64,000 bases of DNA from Bacteroidota bacterium (GCA_019638695.1 JAHBTG010000007.1:482-64481), one strand, 5' to 3'. Positions 43,127 to 54,208 are shown, counted from the stretch's first letter. Translations and numbers: made by a program. The notes: generated by a model from the sequence alone, not told the origin.

Positions 43127-44620
43127 TTAGCGATGGGATACGTTGCGCTCCAGGCGTCCCAGCAAGCGGGGCATCAGCAGGAGTAGTGCCGTGAGTAGTA
43201 AGGACACTGCTACAATGGGCCAGCGGTTTCCCCCGCCGTTGCCTGTGTCGTGGGATATCCAGGGGAAACTGTTTTTATCCTCTTCCTCCCGGGTCCCGGG
43301 CGTGTCATCATGGGTGCCGGGTATACGATTGTTGGCCCAGCCGGTAAGTTTGTAGAGGTTCACCTCCTCCTCCTTTTTGCGTGCCTTAAGACTTTCCAGG
43401 TACTCTTTGCCTTCCGTGCAGCTGAGATCTCCCGTGGCGGGGTGGTGCAGTATATAGCGGCCCTGGAAGCTCTCCCGGTTACTGGTTTCTACAAACATCA
43501 GATCTTCCGGAAACTCGGATCGGCCATAGCGCAGGTGCAGGCGCGTAAAGTGTACTTCGCCCTTGTAATCGGCTTGCTGGCCCCACTCGTTGTCGGCAGG
43601 GGCGGCTTCCAGCCAGAACACACCGGCTTCCTTGAGGTCTGCGTAGGCCGGCGGGTCGCTTGAGCAAGGGTCGCAGAAGGAGAAGTTGCTGCTGCTGAGG
43701 TCCCAGGCATATTCCAGCAGGGCTACCGAACGGCGTTGCTGGGTCCAGGCACGCTCAAATACGGCCTTATAAAAAGGCCCGAAGTGCTCTTTTATCCGCA
43801 GGGGGATGTTCAGGTTGCTGGGAATTTCCACGGTGCGGTAGTTCGCCGTTTCTACTCTGCCTTTGGGGGTGAGTGCATAGATGATCAGGTCCTGGTAGCC
43901 CCGCGAGTTGGCCATGCCCAGGCGAATGGGCAGCATGAACCGCGGATGCTCATAGCTGATCTGGATAGGCCGCAGGCTGTTGAATGCCTGGGCTTCCAGT
44001 TTCTCCAGGTTGACCTTGACCACGAAAAACTTGATATCATTCTTGATATAAGGTTCCAGCACCTCTTTGGCATTTGGCGGCAGGTAATATCCGTTCTCCT
44101 TGAGCCAGGTGGCCAGTCCTTTCGATTCTTTGCCCGACAGGATCAGGATATCGTATTCCCCCACCTGGTAGCGTGCTTCTATGGTGACCCCTAATGCTTT
44201 GGCCCGGGCGCCTGCTGGATTTACCGATTCGTCATCTATAGCCATATCGGCACCTCCAAAAGAATCTTCCTCATAGTACACCATCTCACAGGGGTTCTCA
44301 TCCCAGTATTCTACCAGCCGGGGGGCAGAGTAGGCATCCAGCCGGCCGAATAGGCCGGGATCTGCAATGCGTATGTCTTTTTCCTGGAGCACTACGGGCA
44401 CCGGAATTACCAGGGCAAAATCGCGCACATTGCCCTTGAAGTCATTGCTCATGGTGATGGTGGTCCGTCCGCCCATCCGTACGAGAACGACCTGTGAAGC
44501 TTCGTTGTACAGCGAAGCGCCGGCGCCGGCTACATAGAAGCCGCAGAACGCCTGAACCAGCCCGGGGAAGAGTAACAGGCCCAGGAGGCCACTGCGTAGT
44601 ATAGGAAGGTAGGTAGGCAT
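43127..44620 (-). CDS. DUF2330-like secreted protein with a C-terminal membrane anchor
   Basis: About 497 aa from the ATG at 44620 (MPTYLPILRSGLLGLLLFPGLVQAFCGFYVAGAGASLYNEASQVVLV...). The CGFYV start of the mature protein and IPVPV block match my recollection of DUF2330. A C-terminal TM helix is present (WPIVAVSLLLTALLLLMP). Confidence 0.6.
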   Translation of the reverse strand: MPTYLPILRSGLLGLLLFPGLVQAFCGFYVAGAGASLYNEASQVVLVRMGGRTTITMSNDFKGNVRDFALVIPVPVVLQEKDIRIADPGLFGRLDAYSAPRLVEYWDENPCEMVYYEEDSFGGADMAIDDESVNPAGARAKALGVTIEARYQVGEYDILILSGKESKGLATWLKENGYYLPPNAKEVLEPYIKNDIKFFVVKVNLEKLEAQAFNSLRPIQISYEHPRFMLPIRLGMANSRGYQDLIIYALTPKGRVETANYRTVEIPSNLNIPLRIKEHFGPFYKAVFERAWTQQRRSVALLEYAWDLSSSNFSFCDPCSSDPPAYADLKEAGVFWLEAAPADNEWGQQADYKGEVHFTRLHLRYGRSEFPEDLMFVETSNRESFQGRYILHHPATGDLSCTEGKEYLESLKARKKEEEVNLYKLTGWANNRIPGTHDDTPGTREEEDKNSFPWISHDTGNGGGNRWPIVAVSLLLTALLLLMPRLLGRLERNVSHR

Positions 44621-44824
44621 TGTAGTACAGTTTAGTGATTGAAATTTAGACAAAAAGTGGATGCCCGGAATGTGCTGTTTTATATGCAGCAGAATAGGAG
44701 AGGTTCAATTTCATCTCCCATTAATGACTAATGATATACTTTTTTCTGGCGGGCCTTGATTTTTACTTGCTTTCTTATCAGGAAAAAGTAAGGCCTATAG
44801 GGATCTTAGGCGTAATTGCCCGTC

Positions 44825-45493
44825 CTATGGTTGAAGGTTGTGGCCTTCTTGTTCCGCCGGGCTTTGCAGGGCTGCCACAATTAGATCCGGTGTGGGCTGG
44901 TCAATATGCAGGCCAAAGCGGGTGTCTGTCTGAAGTGCGCGCTGCATGCCTCCCTGAAGAGCGCATGGGAAATCTGCGGGATAAGGAGGTTGTGTCCAGA
45001 GTTCCCGTTTGAAAGAGATATCCTGCCATTGGTGATTAAGCACCTTGTAAAGGGCTTCTTTGGCGCACCATACGGTGAGAAAGCGCTCGGGAGAAGGCGC
45101 CTCCCGGTAATGCGCCAGTTCTTCCGGGTTCATAAAGATCCGGGCGGTTTCCCAGTTGCGCGGCAGGCTGGGTTGTTCCAGGTCCAGGCCCACAGGTCCC
45201 TGCTGACTCAGGAGCACACCCACGTAACCCGGGCTATGGCTGATGCTCAGGTGCCACGGGCTTCCCGGCAGGCTGGGTGCCCCGCGTTCATTGGTGTGCA
45301 GCTCCAGCGCAGGGTCTATGTGGCGGTATAACAGCCAGCGGGCCGCCGCATATTGCAGCTGGCGGGCCGGATGCCAGCCGGGATCCATGCCGGCGCGCAC
45401 CCGGGCGGGTAACGTATCTGCAAAGTGATCCAGGGGCTCTGTTACCTGCCACAGGTGCAGCGCCAGGGGAATTTGGTGAGCTACGGCAGGCAT
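44825..45493 (-). CDS. 4'-phosphopantetheinyl transferase (Sfp-type superfamily)
   Basis: 222 aa. The characteristic PPTase blocks are present: ERGAPSL...HLSISHS, VGLDLE and WCAKEALYK. Confidence 0.75.
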   Translation of the reverse strand: MPAVAHQIPLALHLWQVTEPLDHFADTLPARVRAGMDPGWHPARQLQYAAARWLLYRHIDPALELHTNERGAPSLPGSPWHLSISHSPGYVGVLLSQQGPVGLDLEQPSLPRNWETARIFMNPEELAHYREAPSPERFLTVWCAKEALYKVLNHQWQDISFKRELWTQPPYPADFPCALQGGMQRALQTDTRFGLHIDQPTPDLIVAALQSPAEQEGHNLQP

Positions 45494-45554
45494 CGCAATA
45501 ACTCCTTTACGGCAGTTGCTGCATTAAAGTTTCATCTGCGGTCTCTGTGCCGGG

Positions 45555-46535
45555 TTAGCCAATCTCCTGCATCAGGCGGCGGATAATGTCATCTGCCGTA
45601 ACGCCATCGGCTTCTGCCGTGAAACTGGGCACTATACGGTGGCGCAGGGTAGGCAGGGCAATGGCGCGCACATCTTCAATATCCGGGGAGTATTTGCCGC
45701 GCAGCAGCGCATGGGCTTTGGCGCCCAGCACCAGGAACTGGGATGCACGGGGCCCGGCACCCCAGCTCAGGAGTTCCTTGGTCCAGGCGGGTGTGCCCGG
45801 AGCAGATACACGGGTGTTCCCTACCAGACGCACACAATAGTTGATCACATTGTCGGGCACAGGTACCTTGCGTACCAGGTCCTGGTATTCGTCTAGAGCC
45901 TTGGCTTTTAATATAATTCCCGCTTTGTCGGGCTTTCCGCCCGTGGTACGTTTCACAATCTCCACTTCCTCTTCAGGGGTGGGGTAGTCTACACGCAGCA
46001 TAAACATAAAGCGGTCCAGCTGGGCCTCGGGCAATGGGTAGGTGCCTTCCTGTTCAATAGGGTTCTGGGTGGCCAGCACAAAGAAAGGTTCGTCCAGCTT
46101 ATAGGTTTTGCCTGCTACTGTGATGCGGCGCTCCTGCATGGCTTCCAGCAACGCAGCCTGTGTTTTGGGCGGGGTGCGGTTAATCTCATCTGCCAGGATG
46201 ATATTGGCAAATACCGGCCCTTCTATGAACCTGAAGAACTTTTGTCCGGATTCCTTATCCACTTCCAGTACCTCTGCGCCCAGGATATCGCCGGGCATGA
46301 GGTCCGGGGTAAACTGGATGCGGCTGAACTTCAGGTTCAGGGTATCTGACAGTGTGCTTACCAGCAGGGTCTTGGCCAGCCCGGGCACCCCCACCAGCAA
46401 GGCATGCCCCTTGCAGAGGATGGCCATGAGCATTTGTTCCACCACTTCCTGCTGGCCCACAATGACTTTGCCAATTTCCTGGCGGAGCTCCTGTGCCTTG
46501 GCGCCCAGGGCGTCTGCAGCTTCTACATCTTTCAT
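45555..46535 (-). CDS. MoxR-family AAA+ ATPase
   Basis: The internal ATG at 46535 gives MKDVEAADALGAKAQELRQEIGKVIVGQQEVVEQMLMAILCKGHALLVGVPGLAKT. Walker B is ILADEINR. The longer track ORF would overlap the upstream gene. Confidence 0.9.
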   Translation of the reverse strand: MKDVEAADALGAKAQELRQEIGKVIVGQQEVVEQMLMAILCKGHALLVGVPGLAKTLLVSTLSDTLNLKFSRIQFTPDLMPGDILGAEVLEVDKESGQKFFRFIEGPVFANIILADEINRTPPKTQAALLEAMQERRITVAGKTYKLDEPFFVLATQNPIEQEGTYPLPEAQLDRFMFMLRVDYPTPEEEVEIVKRTTGGKPDKAGIILKAKALDEYQDLVRKVPVPDNVINYCVRLVGNTRVSAPGTPAWTKELLSWGAGPRASQFLVLGAKAHALLRGKYSPDIEDVRAIALPTLRHRIVPSFTAEADGVTADDIIRRLMQEIG

Positions 46536-46576
46536 AATCGTATAAGGCTTGAGGGGGAAAAGGGGGCCGTGTGGTG

Positions 46577-47950
46577 TTAAGGGTTCCAGTGGCTGAGGGC
46601 CTGGCGGCATTCGTCAAAGCGCAGGTCAAAATAGATCTGCTTGCGTGCTTTGAGGAGCCAGGCTTTCAGGATCTCGTTTTGTCTGGCATTCAGTGCTGCC
46701 TGATAGAATTTCTGGTAGTCTTCTTCCAGGTTGGCCAGGTGAGGCGGGTGCCTCTTGGTCACTACTACCAGCCGGTAAGATTTGGTGAGGCGCCCGGCGC
46801 TGGGGTCAAAATATTCCAGGGGATCACTGATCTCATTTTCTTTCAGGCGGTCAACCCGCAGGAAAAGGTCGCTATCCAGTTGCTCCATGGGTATCTTATA
46901 TTCGCCGGAGCGGCCCCTCAGGCGGCCGCCTGCGTTCTGTGTGGCCCTGTCTTCGCTGTAATTCATAGCAGCTTTGCTAAAGGTCAGCGTGTCTGAGGTC
47001 ATGATCTCTTTCCGGATGTCTGCACACCGTTGCTTGGCCCGTGCTTCATCATCGCTGTCGATAACCGGTGTGATCAGGATATGGCGTGCTTCCAGGCATT
47101 GACCGATGCGTTTTTCCAGCAAAATGACATGGAAGCCAAACGGAGACTCGAATACAGCACTGATCTCACCCTCTGCGAGGCTGTAGGCCACCTCTTCAAA
47201 TTCCGGCACCATATCTCCGTGACAGAAGCGGGGCAGCAGGCCCCCGTTCTGGGCGCTGCCGTCCTGGCTGTAGATGCGGGCCATTGTGTTGAAGGATTCG
47301 CCCTTGGACAACATCAGGTTCCGGATATTCTCCAGCTTTTCCCGTGCAATGTCCTTGTTCTTCTGGCTGGGAGTGGGTTTGATCACTAGCTGAGAGATCT
47401 CCAGTTCGGCCGGTAAGTAGGGGATACTGTCTTTGGGAATGCTCCTGAAGTAATCCTTAACATCCTTGGGTGTGATGGTAGCTTCGTTAAAGATCTTGTT
47501 GCGCTGGGTTTGTACCAGCAGTTGTTCTTCTACCTGGGGGCCCAGTTCCATTTTGAACTGCAGGTAGCTCTTGCCGGCAATACGTTCCAGCTCCTCACGG
47601 GAGCCCAGCTGGCGCTCCATCATGTCCAGGCGCCGCCGCACTTCTTCTTCTACCTGCTCTTTTTTTACTTCCACACTGTCCAGCTTGGCTTTGGCCAGCA
47701 GCAGTTTGTTCATCAGCAGGCTTTCAAATACCTCGCATTTCAGGTTGCCCTTGTCCTTCTCTCCAGACTTCCTGAGATAATCCATCTGTGCCTCCACATC
47801 CGATTCCAGGATGACAGACTCGTCCACCACTGCCAGGATACGATCTCCCCTGTATCGGGGAGTTTGTTGTGCAATGCCGGTATGGGGCAGGCTACCCAGC
47901 CACAGGAAGGCTATCCATAGGATGAGGATCTGCCGTTGGGGTAAATACAT
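46577..47950 (-). CDS. SurA-like periplasmic chaperone / parvulin-type peptidyl-prolyl isomerase
   Basis: A signal peptide is present from the ATG at 47950 (MYLPQRQILILWIAFLWLGSLPHTGIAQQ). It has a SurA N-terminal-like region and the parvulin motif FGFHVILLEKR. Confidence 0.85.
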   Translation of the reverse strand: MYLPQRQILILWIAFLWLGSLPHTGIAQQTPRYRGDRILAVVDESVILESDVEAQMDYLRKSGEKDKGNLKCEVFESLLMNKLLLAKAKLDSVEVKKEQVEEEVRRRLDMMERQLGSREELERIAGKSYLQFKMELGPQVEEQLLVQTQRNKIFNEATITPKDVKDYFRSIPKDSIPYLPAELEISQLVIKPTPSQKNKDIAREKLENIRNLMLSKGESFNTMARIYSQDGSAQNGGLLPRFCHGDMVPEFEEVAYSLAEGEISAVFESPFGFHVILLEKRIGQCLEARHILITPVIDSDDEARAKQRCADIRKEIMTSDTLTFSKAAMNYSEDRATQNAGGRLRGRSGEYKIPMEQLDSDLFLRVDRLKENEISDPLEYFDPSAGRLTKSYRLVVVTKRHPPHLANLEEDYQKFYQAALNARQNEILKAWLLKARKQIYFDLRFDECRQALSHWNP

Positions 47951-48090
47951 TCGAAATGGACGGAAATAAAAAGAAGACACGCAAGTTAAGCGAATTCCCC
48001 GAGTGTGTGCCAGCCGTTAGTCCCGGAGGTATCCGCTTTGTCCTCCCCCAACGCCTGCGGGTATGGTTGTAGTATGCCGGGCACCGAGAG

Positions 48091-50064
48091 TTACTTGAAG
48101 AGGTTGCCCAGGACCTTGTCATTCAGTTTGTAGGGGTATCGCGTGGCCAGTTCTTCCAGCCAGCGACGTTCCAGTTCATTCTGGTAGTCCGTGATCACCT
48201 CGCTCTTGGCTTCTTCAAAGCTCTTGGTGCCCGGGGAAATCTGTTCTACCAGGTAGAACACTGTCCAGAGATTGCCTTCCTGTGAGAGCTCGGTTACATA
48301 GCCCGGGGCCATGCGGGCAAACTCCTGCCCGGAGCGGCTTTCTATATCAAAGACAAGCTCAGACTGGCGTATGGCCATGTCTTCCTTCATATACCAGTCT
48401 TTGATCTGGGCCAGGTTGCTGGTTTGCTGCAGTTCGTTGCGCAGGCGGGTCACCTGGGTGCTGTCTGAGCCCCTATATTCCACCATGCGCACCCGGTTGC
48501 CTCCCTGGTATTTGTCCCGGTGGGTATTGTAGAACGCGCGCAGTCCGGCGCTGTCTTCCACAGCGCGGCGCCACACCTTTTCTTCTGTGAGGGAGAACAA
48601 CAGGATGCCGTCGCGGTATTCTTTGGTCAGGTGCCGGAACTCAGGGTATTTCTGCGCCAGTTGTTTTTCCTCGTAACCCAGCAGGGTAGTGCGGGCCAGT
48701 TCGTTCAGTTCCTGGCGCAGCGCCTCTTCCGGGCTCAGCCGGCTCATGTTACGGCGGCGGTCGTTGCGGATGCGCTCCAGCAGTTGCGCTACCGTGATAT
48801 TGCCGCCCTTGTAGCTGAATAACACGGCTTTGGGAAGGTCTGCGGGCAGGCTGTCCCCGGTAAACCCACGCTGCACATAGGACTGTCCTGCGATACTGAG
48901 CAGCCGCTCCTGTGTGGCAGGTGTTTCTTTATAGCCGTATTGCTTCTTCAGTCTGTCCACCAATTGCTGTTCTGCGAGCTGAGAGCGGGTGTCGCGTGTC
49001 ACCAGGGATTTCAGCTCGGCACGCGATTCTTCCAGGGTGGGCGTTTTTTCCGGCTCGTTTACTTTCAGGATATGGAATCCATACTCTGAGGGGAACGGCT
49101 GAGAGATCTCGCCGGGTTTCAGGCGATACTTCATGTCCTGCAATGCAGGCACGCTGATATAGCGCTCTCCCAGGTCTCCGCCTTTCTGGCGGCTGTTGGG
49201 GTCATCGCTATATTCGGTCACCACCTCTTCCCAGGAAGTGCCTGTGCGGGCCTTCTGATAAGCTTCATGGGCGCGGGCCATGGCAGCCAGGCTGTCTTTG
49301 GCGGCATAGATGCGGCCCCAGCGCACCAGGATATGGGCGGCATTGCGCATGCCGTGGGTGGCCATACGTTCGTGTACCTTCAGGAGGTGGTAGCCGTAGC
49401 GGGTGCGCACAGGTGGGGTAATGCCGCCTGTGGTGGTCTGGTAAGCTGCCGTTTCAAAGGGGTAGATAAAGTCGAATACGGAGAACCAGCTCAGGTGCCC
49501 GCCATTGGCAGCGGCACTGGGGTCCTGGCTATGGCGGCGGGCCAGTGTTTCAAAGTCTGCTCCATGGTTCAGGAGCGAATCGCGCAGGGCCAGGATCTTC
49601 CGGTAAGCGGCCAGCGTATCCTGCGGGCTGGGGTGTTCGCCCAGCCGGATGAGGATATGACTAACGCGGATGGCTTCCTGGCTGCGCTTGTAGGCTTCTG
49701 TGATCAGCGACTCCAGTACCTCTTTCTCAATGAGATAAGGCTGGGATAATTGCTTGATGTAGCCTGCCAGCTCATCCTGGAAGCTGCGGGTGGTATCCAT
49801 GCCCCGGGATTCTGCGTCCATCACCTTGCGGCGGAAGTTTACGTAGAGGTTCAGATAATCCCTGTACTGCTCGGGAGTGTGCCGGGCGGCAGCTTTATAT
49901 CCCCCGTTGTTTTTCTGGTAGACATATTCAAATTCTTCGCGGGTGACCTGTGTCCCGTTCTGGAACCGCATGAGGATTTCCTTGGCTGCCCGCGGGCTGC
50001 TCTGGGCAAGTGTAGTGCTGATACACACGAGCAGGAGCAGGCTGGTAAACAGAGAGTGCATCAT
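48091..50064 (-). CDS. peptidyl-prolyl cis-trans isomerase with two parvulin domains (SurA/PpiD-like)
   Basis: A signal peptide is present from the ATG at 50064 (MMHSLFTSLLLLVCISTTLAQS). The parvulin motifs are YGYHLLKV and YGFHILKV. Confidence 0.85.
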   Translation of the reverse strand: MMHSLFTSLLLLVCISTTLAQSSPRAAKEILMRFQNGTQVTREEFEYVYQKNNGGYKAAARHTPEQYRDYLNLYVNFRRKVMDAESRGMDTTRSFQDELAGYIKQLSQPYLIEKEVLESLITEAYKRSQEAIRVSHILIRLGEHPSPQDTLAAYRKILALRDSLLNHGADFETLARRHSQDPSAAANGGHLSWFSVFDFIYPFETAAYQTTTGGITPPVRTRYGYHLLKVHERMATHGMRNAAHILVRWGRIYAAKDSLAAMARAHEAYQKARTGTSWEEVVTEYSDDPNSRQKGGDLGERYISVPALQDMKYRLKPGEISQPFPSEYGFHILKVNEPEKTPTLEESRAELKSLVTRDTRSQLAEQQLVDRLKKQYGYKETPATQERLLSIAGQSYVQRGFTGDSLPADLPKAVLFSYKGGNITVAQLLERIRNDRRRNMSRLSPEEALRQELNELARTTLLGYEEKQLAQKYPEFRHLTKEYRDGILLFSLTEEKVWRRAVEDSAGLRAFYNTHRDKYQGGNRVRMVEYRGSDSTQVTRLRNELQQTSNLAQIKDWYMKEDMAIRQSELVFDIESRSGQEFARMAPGYVTELSQEGNLWTVFYLVEQISPGTKSFEEAKSEVITDYQNELERRWLEELATRYPYKLNDKVLGNLFK

Positions 50065-50137
50065 GGAACTTTTTGTTGAGAACATTGAAAACAGAAACGC
50101 TGGCAAAAATAGAAATAAGGCCAATAGCTTCTACCGG

Positions 50138-50155
50138 CGTTCGCAACCGTTCGCA
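50138..50155 (-). promoter_or_regulatory. tandem direct repeat CGTTCGCA-AC-CGTTCGCA (10-bp phasing) upstream of the PPIase gene; candidate regulator binding site
   Basis: Exact 8-mers lie at 50138-50145 and 50148-50155. A -7-like box (minus-strand TATTTTTG) lies at 50104-50111. Confidence 0.3.
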
Positions 50156-50246
50156 CAAGGGTTTCGCCTGCCCATGCGGTGATGCCTTGCATAAGGCAAT
50201 CCCTCCGGATGGCTTCTTGGGCAGAGCGGCAAGAAAAGAAAGAAGC

Positions 50247-50471
50247 CTAGTTAAGGTCTGTCTGGATATAAGCGGAGAATACGCGGTCGGCCACCTGAGA
50301 TACCTCCTGGCGGTCTGTGGCGCTCTGGCTGAACTCCTGGTAGGCTGTGGTGTCCGTAAACTCCTGGAAGACAATTGGTTTGAACTTATCAGGATTCGCT
50401 TTCAGCAGGCCGCGAAAACTGGATTTTTTCTGAAAAAAATCGGCAATGAGCTCTTTCAGCTGGGTTTCCAT
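50247..50471 (-). CDS. small acidic hypothetical protein (74 aa)
   Basis: The ATG at 50471 gives METQLKELIADFFQKKSSFRGLLKANPDKFKPIVFQEFTDTTAYQEF... It is preceded by a canonical promoter. No family recognised, so the coding status is uncertain. Confidence 0.4.
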   Translation of the reverse strand: METQLKELIADFFQKKSSFRGLLKANPDKFKPIVFQEFTDTTAYQEFSQSATDRQEVSQVADRVFSAYIQTDLN

Positions 50472-50530
50472 ACAGGTGGGGTAAGTTTTTCCTAACAGCC
50501 CTGTAATCAAGGCTTTGAACCAAAGTTAAA

Positions 50531-50561
50531 AGGTATTCCGATTTTCTCCAAACCTCACCTG
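50531..50561 (-). promoter_or_regulatory. Bacteroidetes-type promoter (TTG, 20 nt, TAACTTTG) on the minus strand
   Basis: On the minus strand, TTG lies at 50559-50561 and TAACTTTG at 50531-50538, downstream of the thiC terminator and upstream of the small ORF. Confidence 0.4.
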
Positions 50562-50634
50562 AAAAAACCGGATGATATGGCCGGTCCTGCGGCGGGGCAG
50601 TGGTGCGGATGAAGACGCCCGGGGCTTCCGACAG

Positions 50635-50666
50635 AAAGCCAGAGAGGCAAGGCCCCTCTGGCTTTC
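50635..50666 (-). terminator. intrinsic terminator after thiC
   Basis: The minus strand reads AAAGCCAGAGGGGCC-TTG-CCTCTCTGGCTTT followed by CTGTC. It is a long GC-rich stem starting 26 nt past the thiC stop. Confidence 0.6.
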
Positions 50667-50691
50667 GCAATCCTCACATTCCAAAGGATGC

Positions 50692-52599
<1,908 letters not shown>

Positions 52600-52641
52600 T
52601 CAGCAAGTTAATTCCATTCCGAACAAGAATGGGAATTTTTA

Positions 52642-54135
52642 TCAGTTTCCGCTCACAAACTGAGCGCCTGTGCCATACAGTTCATGAATGAGGTCGCTCA
52701 GCGCACCGGGCATTACGCCCAGTGCCAGCAGTGCCACACCCATCAGGATGATGCCTGCCAGGGGAATCAGCTGGCCTTTGCCGATATGGTCGCCCAGCCT
52801 GGGCTCATCGCTGGCCGGCGCTTCCTGAAAGTACATGACCACGATCAGTTTGAGGTAATAATAGGCGCCCACTACAGAGGTGAGGATACCCAGGATGGCC
52901 AGCAGATAGTGATGAGAGGCAATGGCAGCACCAAAAACCTTGTATTTGGCAATGAAGCCTGCCATGGGCGGAATGCCCGCCATTGAGAACAGGAACAGGC
53001 TCATGAAGATACCCAGCAGCGGTTTGCGGAGCCCTAACCCTTTCCATTCGGAAATTTCACTGTCGCTGTCCTTGTTCTCTACCAGCGAAACAATGCCGAA
53101 GGCGCCTACGGTCATCAGCGTATAAATGAGCATGTAGAATACGACGGATTCATAACCTGCCAGTCCGCTGATCATGCCCAGCATCAGGTAGCCGGTGTGG
53201 GCAATGGAACTGTAGGCCAGCATGCGCTTGACGTTGCGTTGCTGCACCGCTACCAGGTTGCCATAGATCATGCTGGCCAGTGCTGCAAAGCCCAGCAGGT
53301 TGATAAACTTGTCATAGCTGGCCGAGTGTGTGGGCAGGGCATTGATCAGCAGGAAGATAAAGGCCATGAAGGTAGCCATCTTGGTGCCGGTAGCCATGAA
53401 GCCGGTGAGAGGAGTGGGCGCACCCGTATAGACATCCGGCGTCCAGCTATGGAACGGGAACGCGGCGAGCTTGAAGAGGAAGCCTACCAGCAGCAAGCCA
53501 AGCGCTGTGAAGAACAACAGGTTGTTGCCCACGGGGCCGTCCAGTGCACGGACGATCACATTGAGCTGGGTGCTGCCGGTTACCCCATAGAGCAGTGCAA
53601 TGCCATAGAGCAGGAAGCCTGTGGCAAAGGCGCCCAGCAGGAAATACTTGAGGGCGGCTTCGTTGCTGCGGAGATTGCGCGGGAACAGTCCTGCCATGAT
53701 ATAGAGGCAGATAGACATGATCTCTATACCTATGAATACGATAATGAGGTCATTGGCGGTGGCCAGCATGATCATGCCCACCACGGCAAATAGCAGGAGG
53801 GCATATACCTCATTGTCTCCCTGTTTGCGCCGCCGGATATAGTCGCTGAGGAAAAAGAGCGTAAACAGGCTCACCGTGCACAGGAAAATATGGATAACCG
53901 ATGCCCGCCCGCCAAAGGCGATCATGTTGTCAAAATAGAGCTTGTATCCTTCTGCACTGCCGGCGCCTAGGTCCATATAGGCCAGCACGGAAGAGGTAAT
54001 GAGCCCTAATGCCGTTATCCACGGCAAGGCAAAGCGTGCGCGAAAGGCATCGGCAAGCATGAGGATGAGGCCGAAACCCAGCAGGGTGAGCAGCGGGGTG
54101 GCGGCTACGAGATTGGCAGTGTCAAATACTTTCAT
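52642..54135 (-). CDS. nuoN: NADH-quinone oxidoreductase subunit N-like (NuoN/MrpD-family proton-translocating membrane subunit)
   Basis: The internal ATG at 54135 (MKVFDTANLVAATPLLTLLGFG...) gives about 497 aa with 13-14 TM helices. Family-typical blocks are FPFHSWTPDVYTGAPTP and KRMLAYSSIAHTGY. Confidence 0.85.
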   Translation of the reverse strand: MKVFDTANLVAATPLLTLLGFGLILMLADAFRARFALPWITALGLITSSVLAYMDLGAGSAEGYKLYFDNMIAFGGRASVIHIFLCTVSLFTLFFLSDYIRRRKQGDNEVYALLLFAVVGMIMLATANDLIIVFIGIEIMSICLYIMAGLFPRNLRSNEAALKYFLLGAFATGFLLYGIALLYGVTGSTQLNVIVRALDGPVGNNLLFFTALGLLLVGFLFKLAAFPFHSWTPDVYTGAPTPLTGFMATGTKMATFMAFIFLLINALPTHSASYDKFINLLGFAALASMIYGNLVAVQQRNVKRMLAYSSIAHTGYLMLGMISGLAGYESVVFYMLIYTLMTVGAFGIVSLVENKDSDSEISEWKGLGLRKPLLGIFMSLFLFSMAGIPPMAGFIAKYKVFGAAIASHHYLLAILGILTSVVGAYYYLKLIVVMYFQEAPASDEPRLGDHIGKGQLIPLAGIILMGVALLALGVMPGALSDLIHELYGTGAQFVSGN

Positions 54136-54208
54136 GCGCGAACTCAAATGCGTGGTGAAATTAGTACGGAGATTCGTACTATCAAACAATCACAGGTAAA
54201 GGGGGGCT

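Noticed and set aside
52607-52641. Hairpin ATTCCATTC-CGAACAA-GAATGGGAAT followed by TTTTT on the plus strand, shaped like a plus-strand terminator
   Set aside because: No plus-strand gene reads into it. On the relevant minus strand it has no U-tract. It is kept only as part of the thiC-leader observation.
52642-52745. Weak resemblance to TPP-riboswitch elements (GGUGCGCUGAGCGACC...GAACUGUAUGGCACAGGCG) on the minus strand
   Set aside because: It lies inside the 3' coding end of nuoN. It lacks the invariant CUGAGA and ACCUGAUCUGG...CCAGCG elements and a closing P1 helix. The match is probably chance, and only a covariance-model search could revive it.
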